Shown here: piece after piece, positions 1 to 8,284 of the stretch | How positions within the stretch are numbered: the stretch's first letter is position 1 | How the letters are laid out: every line of letters starts with the position of its first letter | Assembly: GCA_025361465.1 (NCBI GenBank) | Contig: JANYAG010000048.1 | Location: forward strand, 1-43,901 | Length of the DNA: 43,901 nt | Source: Gemmatimonadota bacterium | GTDB lineage: Bacteria > Gemmatimonadota > Gemmatimonadetes > Gemmatimonadales > GWC2-71-9 | Direction of reading: 5' to 3' | The notes under the pieces: generated by a model | Databases searched by the model: none | Told to the model about the DNA's origin: nothing | Seen by the model: the letters and a program-made list of their open reading frames with translations, nothing else | Position numbers and translations under genes: made by a program

Positions 1-1
1 G

Positions 2-112
2 GTGATCCTCTTCTCGAACAACCCGATCTACCGCTGGCTGAACCACGGCGAATTCAACATGGTCTTCAACGCGATCCTGAACTGGAACGACGTGCCAATA
101 GCAAAGAAATAG
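2..112 (+). CDS. 3' end of a gene entering the window, probably an M14-family zinc carboxypeptidase-like protein
   Basis: Frame 2 reads VILFSNNPIYRWLNHGEFNMVFNAILNWNDVPIAKK*, which resembles C-termini of large M14-type peptidases (recalled family resemblance only). Confidence 0.55.
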   Translation: MILFSNNPIYRWLNHGEFNMVFNAILNWNDVPIAKK

Positions 113-135
113 GGGCGACGCGCAGGCGTCGCCCC
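112..135 (-). terminator. Intrinsic terminator between convergent genes, best oriented for osmC
   Basis: Perfect 10-bp stem GGGGCGACGC/GCGTCGCCCC with a 4-nt loop, followed on the minus strand by TATTTCTTT. Confidence 0.75.
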
Positions 136-157
136 CGTCCCGGCCAGGCCGACATGT

Positions 158-580
158 TCAGCCCAGCACCACCTTGAGCGTGATCGGCACGGCAGCCAGC
201 GCTTTCGACACCGGGCAGTTCGTCTTGGCATCGGCGCCGATGGTCGCCAGCGTCTCGGCCGTCAAGCCGGGCGCGGCGACCACGGTGTCGAGATGAATGC
301 CGGTGATCGCGAAGCCGGTGGCGCCCTTGTTGAGGTCCACGGTTGCCGTGGTGGCGACACTCGTCGGGACATGCCCGGCGCCGGAGAGTGCCGCAGAGAG
401 TGCCATCGAGAAGCAGCTCGCGTGGGCGGCTGCGATCATTTCTTCGGGGTTGGTCCCGGCGCCGTTCTCGAAGCGGGTGCCGAAGGAATACTGCCCCTCG
501 AACGCCCCCCCACCAAACCGAACGGTACCCTTCCCCGCCTTGAGATCCCCTGTCCAGCGTGCCGACCCGATCCGTTGCAT
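158..580 (-). CDS. osmC: OsmC-family peroxiredoxin
   Basis: W-x-G-D-L-K-x-G-K-G N-terminus, GTNPEEMIAAAHASCFSMAL and NCPVSKAL carry the two catalytic Cys; GGAG upstream. Confidence 0.95.
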   Translation of the reverse strand: MQRIGSARWTGDLKAGKGTVRFGGGAFEGQYSFGTRFENGAGTNPEEMIAAAHASCFSMALSAALSGAGHVPTSVATTATVDLNKGATGFAITGIHLDTVVAAPGLTAETLATIGADAKTNCPVSKALAAVPITLKVVLG

Positions 581-688
581 GGCGCAATTCTCCGAAATGG
601 TGTGAGGGTGAGGTGAATTCTACTCACCTGGCGCTCGGCACAAACGGTTCGATGCTGTGGGAGCACCGCGGCGGGCTCCGCCCCCTAC

Positions 689-716
689 TTGTGCGCCGGG
701 GACCGACCGCTATAAT
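689..716 (+). promoter_or_regulatory. Putative sigma70 promoter for the small membrane-protein gene
   Basis: TTGTGC(689-694)-N16-TATAAT(711-716); a consensus -10 in GC-rich DNA. Confidence 0.5.
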
Positions 717-788
717 GGATCAATACGGGCGGATTCGCTCCGACCGCTCTCTCACTCCAGACACATCACCGATTCTGCCGGAGGCCTT

Positions 789-1070
789 ATGGAGGCCACC
801 ACCCTGCCATGGCTCAACGCCGTGGTCGGCACCATCGCAAGCACCGCGGTGGGCCTGCTCATCGTGGTGAACGGGCTCTTCGCCATTGGCGTGGTTGTTG
901 GTCGTGACCGGAGTTTCGTGAATCGCTGGACCAAGCCGCTGGTGGTAACCGACGCGGCCCTGGTGCTGGCTGCCGTGGGGACCCCGGTGGTGGCGATCGC
1001 CATCAAGCTCGGCGCGAAGGGAGTGATGTTCCTGGCGACCATCCCTCCCAAGCTGATGCCGGGGAAGTAG
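789..1070 (+). CDS. Small hypothetical membrane protein (93 aa, about 2 TM helices)
   Basis: GGAGG just upstream of ATG789; MEATTLPWLNAVVG... has two long hydrophobic segments; GC3-rich codons. Confidence 0.75.
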   Translation: MEATTLPWLNAVVGTIASTAVGLLIVVNGLFAIGVVVGRDRSFVNRWTKPLVVTDAALVLAAVGTPVVAIAIKLGAKGVMFLATIPPKLMPGK

Positions 1071-1078
1071 CCGGGCGG

Positions 1079-1432
1079 TTAGGCTTCCTCGAGGTGGTCG
1101 ACCACCCACCGGCCATTGCTGCCGCACACCGAGCACGCCGCCTTCCCTGACCCATAGAGGATCATCTCGGCCTCGCTGTCGCACGACGGGCAGCGGGCCT
1201 TCACCGTCTGCAGGGTATCGAGCGGGATCCCGTTACGGATGATCCGGCCCACCATGGCGCTCGGTTCGGCGGCGCCGAGCGGGCACATGTTGCCGGTACA
1301 GTGGGAGCCGATCTCGAGACAGACCAGTTCGGCATCGTGAACCGAGGCATGCCCCTCGATGGTGGGGGCCTCGGTGATGAGCACACGCACCGGCCGGTCG
1401 CACGCCCCACAGAACAACTGTTGATTCTTCAT
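1079..1432 (-). CDS. Cys-rich putative metal-binding (Zn-ribbon or Fe-S) protein, 117 aa
   Basis: MKNQQLFCGACDRP...CLEIGSHCTGNMCP...CPSC...CSVC: three CxxC pairs plus three more Cys; G-rich RBS; same strand as apbE, 59 nt downstream. Confidence 0.75.
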   Translation of the reverse strand: MKNQQLFCGACDRPVRVLITEAPTIEGHASVHDAELVCLEIGSHCTGNMCPLGAAEPSAMVGRIIRNGIPLDTLQTVKARCPSCDSEAEMILYGSGKAACSVCGSNGRWVVDHLEEA

Positions 1433-1491
1433 GCTGCCCCCCACACGTCAAGAGTCGCGGTGGCGCCAACGGTGGCGCCCCCCGCATCGGG

Positions 1492-2484
1492 TCAGGTCAG
1501 ACGGACAATCTCTGCATCGACCAGCACGCGGCGCGCGACCCGCCGCGCCTCATCGGTGCTCATCCCGAAGACGGCGGTGCCCGCCGCGTCGGCGTTCAGG
1601 CAATTGTCGCCGGTCACCGTCACGCTGTGGACCGGAGTCCGGCGCGGCGCGGCAGTGACGGGGTCGATCAGGTGGTGATACCGGGTGCCGTGCCAGGTGA
1701 AGAAGCGCTCATAATCGCCGGACGTCGTGACGGCCCGATCGGCCACGTCGAGTTCGCCGGCCAGCCGGTCGAGGTTGTGCGGGTCACGAATGCCGACCTT
1801 CCACGGCGCACCGTCGGGCGCGTGCCCGAGGGCGTAGAGATCGCCGCCCACCGTGACGATCGCGTGGGCGATCCCCTTGGCACGCAGGGCGCTGATCGAC
1901 CGATCGATGCCGTACCCCTTGGCAATGCCACCGAGGTCAAGTCGGACATCACGGTCGTGGAAGCGCACCACGGCGCCCTTGCCCCGCCGAGTGACGTCCA
2001 CCTTCCGCCACAGTCCGCGCGACGCCAGGCGTTTGACCGCGGGTTCGGGTGGCGGTTCATGACGATTGAGCACATCCCAGAGATCCGTGGCCGAGCAGAG
2101 CGCGGGATCGAAGGTGCCGTTGCTCACCAAGGACCAGTGCAACGCCGCCTCGATCACCAGGGCCGTCTCCGCCGACACGACAACACCATCGCGTCCGGCG
2201 CCCAGATTGACGCGGCCAATGTCGGACGTGGGCTGGAGGTGGGTCATGGTCCGATCGACCCACTGCAGCTCGGCGATCGCGGCATCGATGGCGTTCTCCG
2301 CCACCCGCGTGTCGGCATGCGCCACCTGGATGTTGGCGAGCGTTCCCATGACGGGGAACGAGCGCCTGACCAGCGGCATCCGGCGCCGCAGGGCCAGCGG
2401 CATCGACAGGGCGACGAACATCCCGGTGCCGATGGTGAGGAACTCCCGTCGCGTCGGGGGACGCCGGAAGAAATCAGCCGACAT
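1492..2484 (-). CDS. apbE: FAD:protein FMN transferase (ApbE) with a twin-arginine signal
   Basis: VMGT, FDPA, LDLGGIAKGYGID, VGGD, TTSGDYERF, YHHLIDP and ADAAGTA motifs; AAGGAG RBS before ATG2484; N-terminal PTRREFL. Confidence 0.93.
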   Translation of the reverse strand: MSADFFRRPPTRREFLTIGTGMFVALSMPLALRRRMPLVRRSFPVMGTLANIQVAHADTRVAENAIDAAIAELQWVDRTMTHLQPTSDIGRVNLGAGRDGVVVSAETALVIEAALHWSLVSNGTFDPALCSATDLWDVLNRHEPPPEPAVKRLASRGLWRKVDVTRRGKGAVVRFHDRDVRLDLGGIAKGYGIDRSISALRAKGIAHAIVTVGGDLYALGHAPDGAPWKVGIRDPHNLDRLAGELDVADRAVTTSGDYERFFTWHGTRYHHLIDPVTAAPRRTPVHSVTVTGDNCLNADAAGTAVFGMSTDEARRVARRVLVDAEIVRLT

Positions 2485-2623
2485 GGTGCTCTCCTTCCTT
2501 TTCGTGACGTTCACACGAGTTGGTGCACCCAGCGCAATGGCCGGTGCATCCCCGGTGAGGGAACATGCCGTGGAGGACAAACAACGCCGCACACAACCCG
2601 ATGGCGATGACGGTTTGGCTCAC
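2474..2623 (-). CDS. Small Cys-rich membrane-anchored peptide (49 aa), similar in layout to FeoB-associated Cys-rich peptides
   Basis: The GTG start overlaps the rnfA stop (GTGA) and the stop overlaps the apbE start. Sequence MSQTVIAIGLCAALFVLHGMFPHRGCTGHCAGCTNSCERHEKEGEHHVG is a TM helix plus Cx3Cx2Cx3C. Confidence 0.7.
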   Translation of the reverse strand: MSQTVIAIGLCAALFVLHGMFPHRGCTGHCAGCTNSCERHEKEGEHHVG

Positions 2624-3198
2624 TGCGCGCTCCCCATGCCGGCGAAGCCCATGAACGCCATGGACAGGCACGACGCCACGACCAGCACCAGTCCCATGCG
2701 GCGCGCAATGACCGGCACGTCGGCCACTTCGATCCGTTCGCGGATCGAGGCCATCAGGGAGAGTGCCAGGGTCAGTCCGAGCCCGGCGCCGATGGCGAAC
2801 ACCAGCGATTCGATCAGGTTGTACCGGCGCGAGGTCTGGAACAGGGCCAGGCCGAGAATGGCGCAGTTGGTCGTGATCAGCGGGAGATAGATCCCCAGCT
2901 GCCGGAAGAGCACCGGGAAATGCTTCTTGACCGCCATCTCCACGATCTGCACGCCCGAGGCGACCACCACGATGAAGGCGATGGTGCGCAGGAACGGCGT
3001 CTGCATCAGCACGTAGGTGTTGAGCACCCAGGCGCCAACGGCGGTGAGCAGCAGCACGAAGGTATTCGCGAGGCCGAGGCGCCAGGCCGTCTCGATCTTC
3101 GCGGTGACGCCGAAGAAGGAGCACAGCCCCAGGAACATCACCAGGGTGAAGTTGTTGACCAGCAGGGTCGAGACGAAGATCCACGCCAGGTTGCTCAT
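2620..3198 (-). CDS. rnfA: Rnf electron transport complex subunit A
   Basis: LVNNFTLVMFLGLCSF and LGIYLPLITTNCAILG motifs; ATGA overlap with rnfE. Confidence 0.93.
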   Translation of the reverse strand: MSNLAWIFVSTLLVNNFTLVMFLGLCSFFGVTAKIETAWRLGLANTFVLLLTAVGAWVLNTYVLMQTPFLRTIAFIVVVASGVQIVEMAVKKHFPVLFRQLGIYLPLITTNCAILGLALFQTSRRYNLIESLVFAIGAGLGLTLALSLMASIRERIEVADVPVIARRMGLVLVVASCLSMAFMGFAGMGSAQ

Positions 3199-3875
3199 GC
3201 GGCCCTCTCGGCGCGACGACGGCGGAACTCGATGATCCCCGCCAGGCCGAGGAGCGCGATTCCGAGGGTCAGGAAGCCGCCCGGAGGCATCACCATGAAG
3301 ACCCATGGCTCGAAGCGCGGCCCGAGAAGGTCGTAGCCCAGCAACGAACCGTTGCCGAGCAGTTCGCGGATGGCACTCAACAGGGACAGCGAGAAGGTGA
3401 AGCCCAATCCCATCCCGACCCCGTCGGCAACGGCGCGCACCGGCCCGACCTTGGCGGCAAACGCCTCCGCCCGGCCGAGCAGGAGGCAGTTGGCCACGAT
3501 CAGGGGCATGAACGGCCCCAGCGCCTTGCTGATGTCGGGGAAGGTGGCGGCGAGGATCATGTCGGCCAGCGTCACGAAGGTGGCGATGACCAGGATGTAG
3601 GTGGTGATCCGCACTTCATGGGCGATGTACTTGGCCACCAGCGAGACGATCAACCCGGAACCGACCAGCACGAAGAGCGTCGCCATGCCCATCGCGATGC
3701 CGTTGGCGAGCGTATTGGTGACCGCCATGGTGGGACACATCCCGAGAAACTGCACCATCACCGGATTTTCGCGCAGGATGCCGCGCCAGATATCGGCGAC
3801 GACCGTCGCGGGCGGCGGCGTCCCGGGAACGAACTCCGGCGTGCTGGTGGATTGGTCGGTTGTGATGGCGGTCAC
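3195..3875 (-). CDS. rnfE: Rnf electron transport complex subunit E
   Basis: ENPVMVQFLGMCPTMAVT, PLIVANCLLLGRAEAFA, IRELLGNG and PPGGF motifs; GTG start overlaps the rnfG stop. Confidence 0.93.
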   Translation of the reverse strand: MTAITTDQSTSTPEFVPGTPPPATVVADIWRGILRENPVMVQFLGMCPTMAVTNTLANGIAMGMATLFVLVGSGLIVSLVAKYIAHEVRITTYILVIATFVTLADMILAATFPDISKALGPFMPLIVANCLLLGRAEAFAAKVGPVRAVADGVGMGLGFTFSLSLLSAIRELLGNGSLLGYDLLGPRFEPWVFMVMPPGGFLTLGIALLGLAGIIEFRRRRAERAA

Positions 3876-4543
3876 TTGGCCCCTCCCCGGTCCCACGCGT
3901 CGAGCAGCGGGCGCCACTTGGCCACCGCATTGTTGATGATCCGGATCACGGCCCGCGAGGAGATGGTCGCCCCGGTGATGGTCTGGACCTCGCTGGGCGG
4001 CTTCCCTGCGCGGCCCTTGACCCCTTGGAGCGGCACGACGCGTCCGGTGAACTGGGCACCAAACAGGGAGTCCTTCTCGATCTTGTCGCCGAGCCCCGGC
4101 GTCTCCTTTTGGTCGAGCACCTTGTATCCGATCAACGCCCCGCTCGAGGGGTCGAACCCGATCATCAGCGTCAGCAGTTCCTGGAATCCCGGTTCGCTGG
4201 CCGTGATCGCGACACCCACCCGCTTGGCGGAGGCATCGAACCCGACGAACGCCTTGGGAAGGTCGATCGGATCTGCGCCGGACGGGACGGTGCGGGTGAG
4301 CGCGCCGTTCACGAGGTAGAGCGTGTCCCAGCGCGCGGGCGCCTTGAGCACCTCGCTCACGGCGGCGCGTTGCTGCTCGGCCGCGTGCTTCTGCACCGCG
4401 GGCAGGGTCACCTTGTAGACCGATACGACCAGCCAGCCCGACAGGGCGCCGGCAACGGCCAGGGTCAGCAGCAGGCGCCACGCCGGCGTGCTCTTGCCGG
4501 GCGTGAGCACGGCGGGAGTGCCGTGTTGATGCGTCGCGGTCAT
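3872..4543 (-). CDS. rnfG: Rnf electron transport complex subunit G (FMN-binding)
   Basis: N-terminal TM anchor, ETPGLGDKI, flavinylation motif QTITGATISSRAV. Confidence 0.92.
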   Translation of the reverse strand: MTATHQHGTPAVLTPGKSTPAWRLLLTLAVAGALSGWLVVSVYKVTLPAVQKHAAEQQRAAVSEVLKAPARWDTLYLVNGALTRTVPSGADPIDLPKAFVGFDASAKRVGVAITASEPGFQELLTLMIGFDPSSGALIGYKVLDQKETPGLGDKIEKDSLFGAQFTGRVVPLQGVKGRAGKPPSEVQTITGATISSRAVIRIINNAVAKWRPLLDAWDRGGAK

Positions 4544-4547
4544 GCCA

Positions 4548-5951
4548 TCACCTCTGGACCACCACCGGATGGGGTTGCGGTGCCATGAGAGTCACCGGAG
4601 TCGGCTCCACTGCGCCGCGCGGCCTGACGCCTGGGTGGAAGCCAAGCGTCAACATCAGGGCCGCGAAGCCGATGATGTAGGCCGCGGTGACAAACCACCC
4701 TTCCTTGAGCCACCTGGCCGCATTGCGCCCTTCGGGATACATGCTGACGAGTGCCACGCCGGCCGATGAGCCGAACCAGATCATCGAGCCGCCAAACCCG
4801 ACGGTGTAGGCCAGAACGCCCCAGTCATAGCCGCCTTGCTTGAGCGCCAGCGCCGTCAGCGGAATGTTGTCGAACACCGCCGAGACGAAGCCGAGCCCGA
4901 ACGCCGATTGCCAGCCCGCGGCCGGCAGGCGCTCGACCGGCATCATCGAGGCGCACAGCACCAGCGAGAGGAGGAAGGCCGCGCCCTTGAGCGCGGCGGG
5001 CATCAGGCTCCATTCCGGCTTGCGCAGCACGGTGGTCCCCAGGATGGCGACCCACACCGCGGCGCCCAGGAAGGGGAAGCGGTCCGACGATTCGGTGAAG
5101 CGGGTGTTGATCACCACATTGACGATGATCGCCGCCACCAGGATGGAAAGCACCACCGCGACCCGCACCCAGTCCACCCGCGCGTTGGCCGCATCGGCGC
5201 GGTGGATCGGGGAGTAGCTGTGCTGCTTCAGGGCGGCCGGAATGCCGCAGACGAACATCGCGATGAACGAACCGCCGTAGCCGTGGAGCACTTGCAGCGG
5301 GGGCACGCCGGCGATCCACATCATCGTGGTGGTGGTGTCGCCGACGACGCTGCCGGCGCCGCCGGCATTCGAGGCCGCCACGATCGCCGCCAGGTAGCCG
5401 ATATGGATCTTGCCGCGGAAGACGGTGTGCGCCACCGCACCACCGATCAGCGCCGCGGCGATGTTGTCGAGGAAGCTGGAAAGGATGCAGATCATCCACA
5501 GCAGTGCGAAGCCGCCGAGCCAGCCGTCGGGCAGGTACTTGGGCAGCGCGGCCGGCACCTCGCTGTTCTCGAAATGCCTGGCCAGCAGGGCGAAGCCGAC
5601 CAGCAGCAGCAGCAGGTTGGTCAGGATCACCCACTCACTCTGGAGATGCAGCCCGAAGCCCGTGAGGCCGGCACCGGTCCGGAATGGCGACGCGACGATC
5701 TTGTAGATCGCGATGCCGACCGCACCGATGATGGCGACCTTCATGGTCTGGTTGTGCAGGATCGCCACGCCCGCCAGCACCAGGCCGAACAGGATGAACT
5801 CGATCGGCACCGGGCCGAGCTGCGGACCCGAGAACCCGATCTCCGAGGCCGCGGCGAAGGCCCGGCCAGGCGATGCGAGGAGCAACAAGGCCGCGATACC
5901 GAGTGGGCGCATGGTCACCTTGCGAAACATCGAGGTTGAACTCGCACTCAC
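4548..5951 (-). CDS. Ion transporter (IT) superfamily permease, NhaD/ArsB/CitMHS-like
   Basis: About 12 hydrophobic helices; SSFLDNIAAAL, ASNAGGAGSVVGDTTTTMMW, SAVFDNIPLT and GGSMIWFGSSAGV motifs. GTG overlaps the rnfD stop; alternative ATGs at 5930 and 5912. Confidence 0.85.
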   Translation of the reverse strand: MSASSTSMFRKVTMRPLGIAALLLLASPGRAFAAASEIGFSGPQLGPVPIEFILFGLVLAGVAILHNQTMKVAIIGAVGIAIYKIVASPFRTGAGLTGFGLHLQSEWVILTNLLLLLVGFALLARHFENSEVPAALPKYLPDGWLGGFALLWMICILSSFLDNIAAALIGGAVAHTVFRGKIHIGYLAAIVAASNAGGAGSVVGDTTTTMMWIAGVPPLQVLHGYGGSFIAMFVCGIPAALKQHSYSPIHRADAANARVDWVRVAVVLSILVAAIIVNVVINTRFTESSDRFPFLGAAVWVAILGTTVLRKPEWSLMPAALKGAAFLLSLVLCASMMPVERLPAAGWQSAFGLGFVSAVFDNIPLTALALKQGGYDWGVLAYTVGFGGSMIWFGSSAGVALVSMYPEGRNAARWLKEGWFVTAAYIIGFAALMLTLGFHPGVRPRGAVEPTPVTLMAPQPHPVVVQR

Positions 5952-6952
5952 CGTGAGCTCCCCGGGTGGGTGCCGAAGACGCGCGGTTGGGTCGCCCGGT
6001 TGATGAAGGGCACCAGGGCATTCATGAACAGGATGGCGTACATCACGCCCTCGGGCAGCCCGCCCCAGATGCGAATCACCACCACCAGCGCACCGATCCC
6101 GCCCCCGAACACCCAGCGACCACGATTGGTGACCGGTGAGGTCACCATGTCAGTGGCCATATACACCGCGCCAAGCATCAGTCCGCCGGAAAAGAGCATG
6201 AACAGGGCGTCAGGCCGGCGCGGATCCACGAGGTGGATCACGGTACTGAGCACCGCCACCATCACCAGGATGCTGACCGGGATGCGCCAATTGAGGTACC
6301 GCTTCCACGCCAGGAAGGCACCGCAGGCGAGGATCAGCAAGGCCGCCGTCTCCCCCACCGATCCTCCGGTATTGCCGATGATCAGGTGCATCAGCCCGGT
6401 GGTCTTCCCCTCGAACTTCAGGAGACCGAGCGGGGTCGCCGAGGTGACGGCATCGAGCGACGGACGGGTGAACGGAAAGGCGAAGAGATCGCCCTTGAGT
6501 TGCAAGAACGGGCCACCAACCGTTGGCCAGGTGGTGATGGCGACCGGAAAGGCGGCCTGCAGGAAGGCCCGTCCGATCAGCGCGGGATTGAAGACATTCT
6601 GGCCCAGGCCACCCCAGACGACCTTCCCGAAACCGATCCCGAACGCGCCGCCAAGAAACGCCATCCAGAGCGGCATGCCCGAGGGCAGCGACAGGCCGAG
6701 GAGCAGGCCGGTGATGACCGCCGAGCCATCGGCCAGGGTACCCCCGCGGCCAATCGTGCGCTCCGTCAGCAACGCGCCGAGCGACGAGGCGGCGATCACC
6801 AGCAGGGCGCCAATGCCGAAGAACCACCCGGCGGCCACGATGATCGGGACCAGCGAGCCGACCACGTTCCACATGATCACCGGCGTGGAGTCCTGCGAGC
6901 GAACATGCGGTGAGGCGGTGACAACCAGCTTGGGCGTAATCGATTGGCTCAT
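5948..6952 (-). CDS. rnfD: Rnf electron transport complex subunit D
   Basis: ASPHVR, DGSAVITGLLL, GGLGQNVFNPAL, flavinylation site DAVTSATPL, GGSVGET, MATDMVTSP, PEGVMYAIL; ATGA overlap with rnfC. Confidence 0.94.
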   Translation of the reverse strand: MSQSITPKLVVTASPHVRSQDSTPVIMWNVVGSLVPIIVAAGWFFGIGALLVIAASSLGALLTERTIGRGGTLADGSAVITGLLLGLSLPSGMPLWMAFLGGAFGIGFGKVVWGGLGQNVFNPALIGRAFLQAAFPVAITTWPTVGGPFLQLKGDLFAFPFTRPSLDAVTSATPLGLLKFEGKTTGLMHLIIGNTGGSVGETAALLILACGAFLAWKRYLNWRIPVSILVMVAVLSTVIHLVDPRRPDALFMLFSGGLMLGAVYMATDMVTSPVTNRGRWVFGGGIGALVVVIRIWGGLPEGVMYAILFMNALVPFINRATQPRVFGTHPGSSR

Positions 6953-8277
6953 GTGGCACCAGCCTTGACGCGCCGCAGCGCGGCCTTGCTCGCCTGGAAG
7001 AGCTGGGCAAGCGGAATGTTCGACGGGCAGACATAGGCGCACGAACCGCAGAGCATGCAATCGGCCAGGTGCTCGTCAACCATGTCCTTGAAGCGGTGCA
7101 CCCGGGCGAAGTCACCCAGGAGCGACGGATTGAGGAACACCGGACAGGCCTCGAGGCAACGCCCACAGTGGATGCAGGGATAGACCTTGTCGAGCCGGGT
7201 CTCGTGTTTCTCGAGCACCACCACTCCGGTGGTGCCCTTGACGACCGGCGCGTCCAGATTGGCCTGCGCCTGCCCCATCATCGGGCCGCCGATGATCACC
7301 TCGGCCGCATCGGGGGTCACGCCATCACAGAAGGCCAGCAGGTCGCGGAGCTTGGTGCCGACCGGGACGATCAGGTTGGCGGGACGGCGAAGGCCGTGCC
7401 CCGAGACGGTGACGATCCGCTCGATCAGCGGCAACCCGGTCTCGAACACCTCGGCGATGGCCGCCACCGAGCCGACGTTCTGCACCACCACCCCGACGCT
7501 CACCGGCAACTTGCCCGAGGGAACTTCGATCCCGGTCACTGCCTGGATCAGCATCTTCTCAGCACCCTGCGGGTACTTCACCGTCAGCGGCAGGATGGTG
7601 ATGTCGAGATCGGTCGGCAACGCCTGTTGCAGCGCCGCGATCGCGTCAGGCTTGTTCCGTTCGACGCCCACGACGCACTTGGGGACCCCCATGGATTGCA
7701 TCATGACCCGGATCCCGAACAGCACCCGGTCGGGGTACTCTGCCATGGTGCGATGGTCCGACGTCAGGTAGGGCTCGCACTCGGCCCCGTTGATGATCAG
7801 CGTGTGCACCACGAAGTCCGCCGGTGGAGCCAGCTTCACATGGGTCGGGAACGCCGCGCCCCCCAGCCCGACGACGCCGGCGTCCTGCACCGCCTGCACC
7901 ACCTGGTCGACCGTGAGTCCCTCCCAGTGCGGCACCATCCGCGGCCGGGTCATCTGGGGCGCGTAGCGGTCCACCTTGATCCGCACCGCCATCGCCATCG
8001 TCCCGTCGGGATGCGGCCACCAGCCGATGTCCGTCACCGTGCCGGACGCCGAGGCGTGGATCGGGACCGAGATCCAGCCATCGGCCAGACCGACCGGATC
8101 GCCGCGTTCGACATGGTCCCCCACCTTGACGCACAGCGTGGCCGGGTTGCCGGCGTGCTGCCGCAGCGGCAGGACAATCTCGTCGGGATACGGCATCCGT
8201 CGGATCGGGAGTTGACTGGTCAACTCCTTCTCTTCACGAGGATGCACACCGTGACGGAACCCTGAGGAGAGTCTCAT
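6949..8277 (-). CDS. rnfC: Rnf electron transport complex subunit C
   Basis: GVVGLGGAAFPTHVKL, INGAECEPYLTSD, KYPQGAEK, GGPMMG, and two CxxCxxCxxxCP motifs. Confidence 0.96.
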   Translation of the reverse strand: MRLSSGFRHGVHPREEKELTSQLPIRRMPYPDEIVLPLRQHAGNPATLCVKVGDHVERGDPVGLADGWISVPIHASASGTVTDIGWWPHPDGTMAMAVRIKVDRYAPQMTRPRMVPHWEGLTVDQVVQAVQDAGVVGLGGAAFPTHVKLAPPADFVVHTLIINGAECEPYLTSDHRTMAEYPDRVLFGIRVMMQSMGVPKCVVGVERNKPDAIAALQQALPTDLDITILPLTVKYPQGAEKMLIQAVTGIEVPSGKLPVSVGVVVQNVGSVAAIAEVFETGLPLIERIVTVSGHGLRRPANLIVPVGTKLRDLLAFCDGVTPDAAEVIIGGPMMGQAQANLDAPVVKGTTGVVVLEKHETRLDKVYPCIHCGRCLEACPVFLNPSLLGDFARVHRFKDMVDEHLADCMLCGSCAYVCPSNIPLAQLFQASKAALRRVKAGAT

Positions 8278-8284
8278 CCGATGA

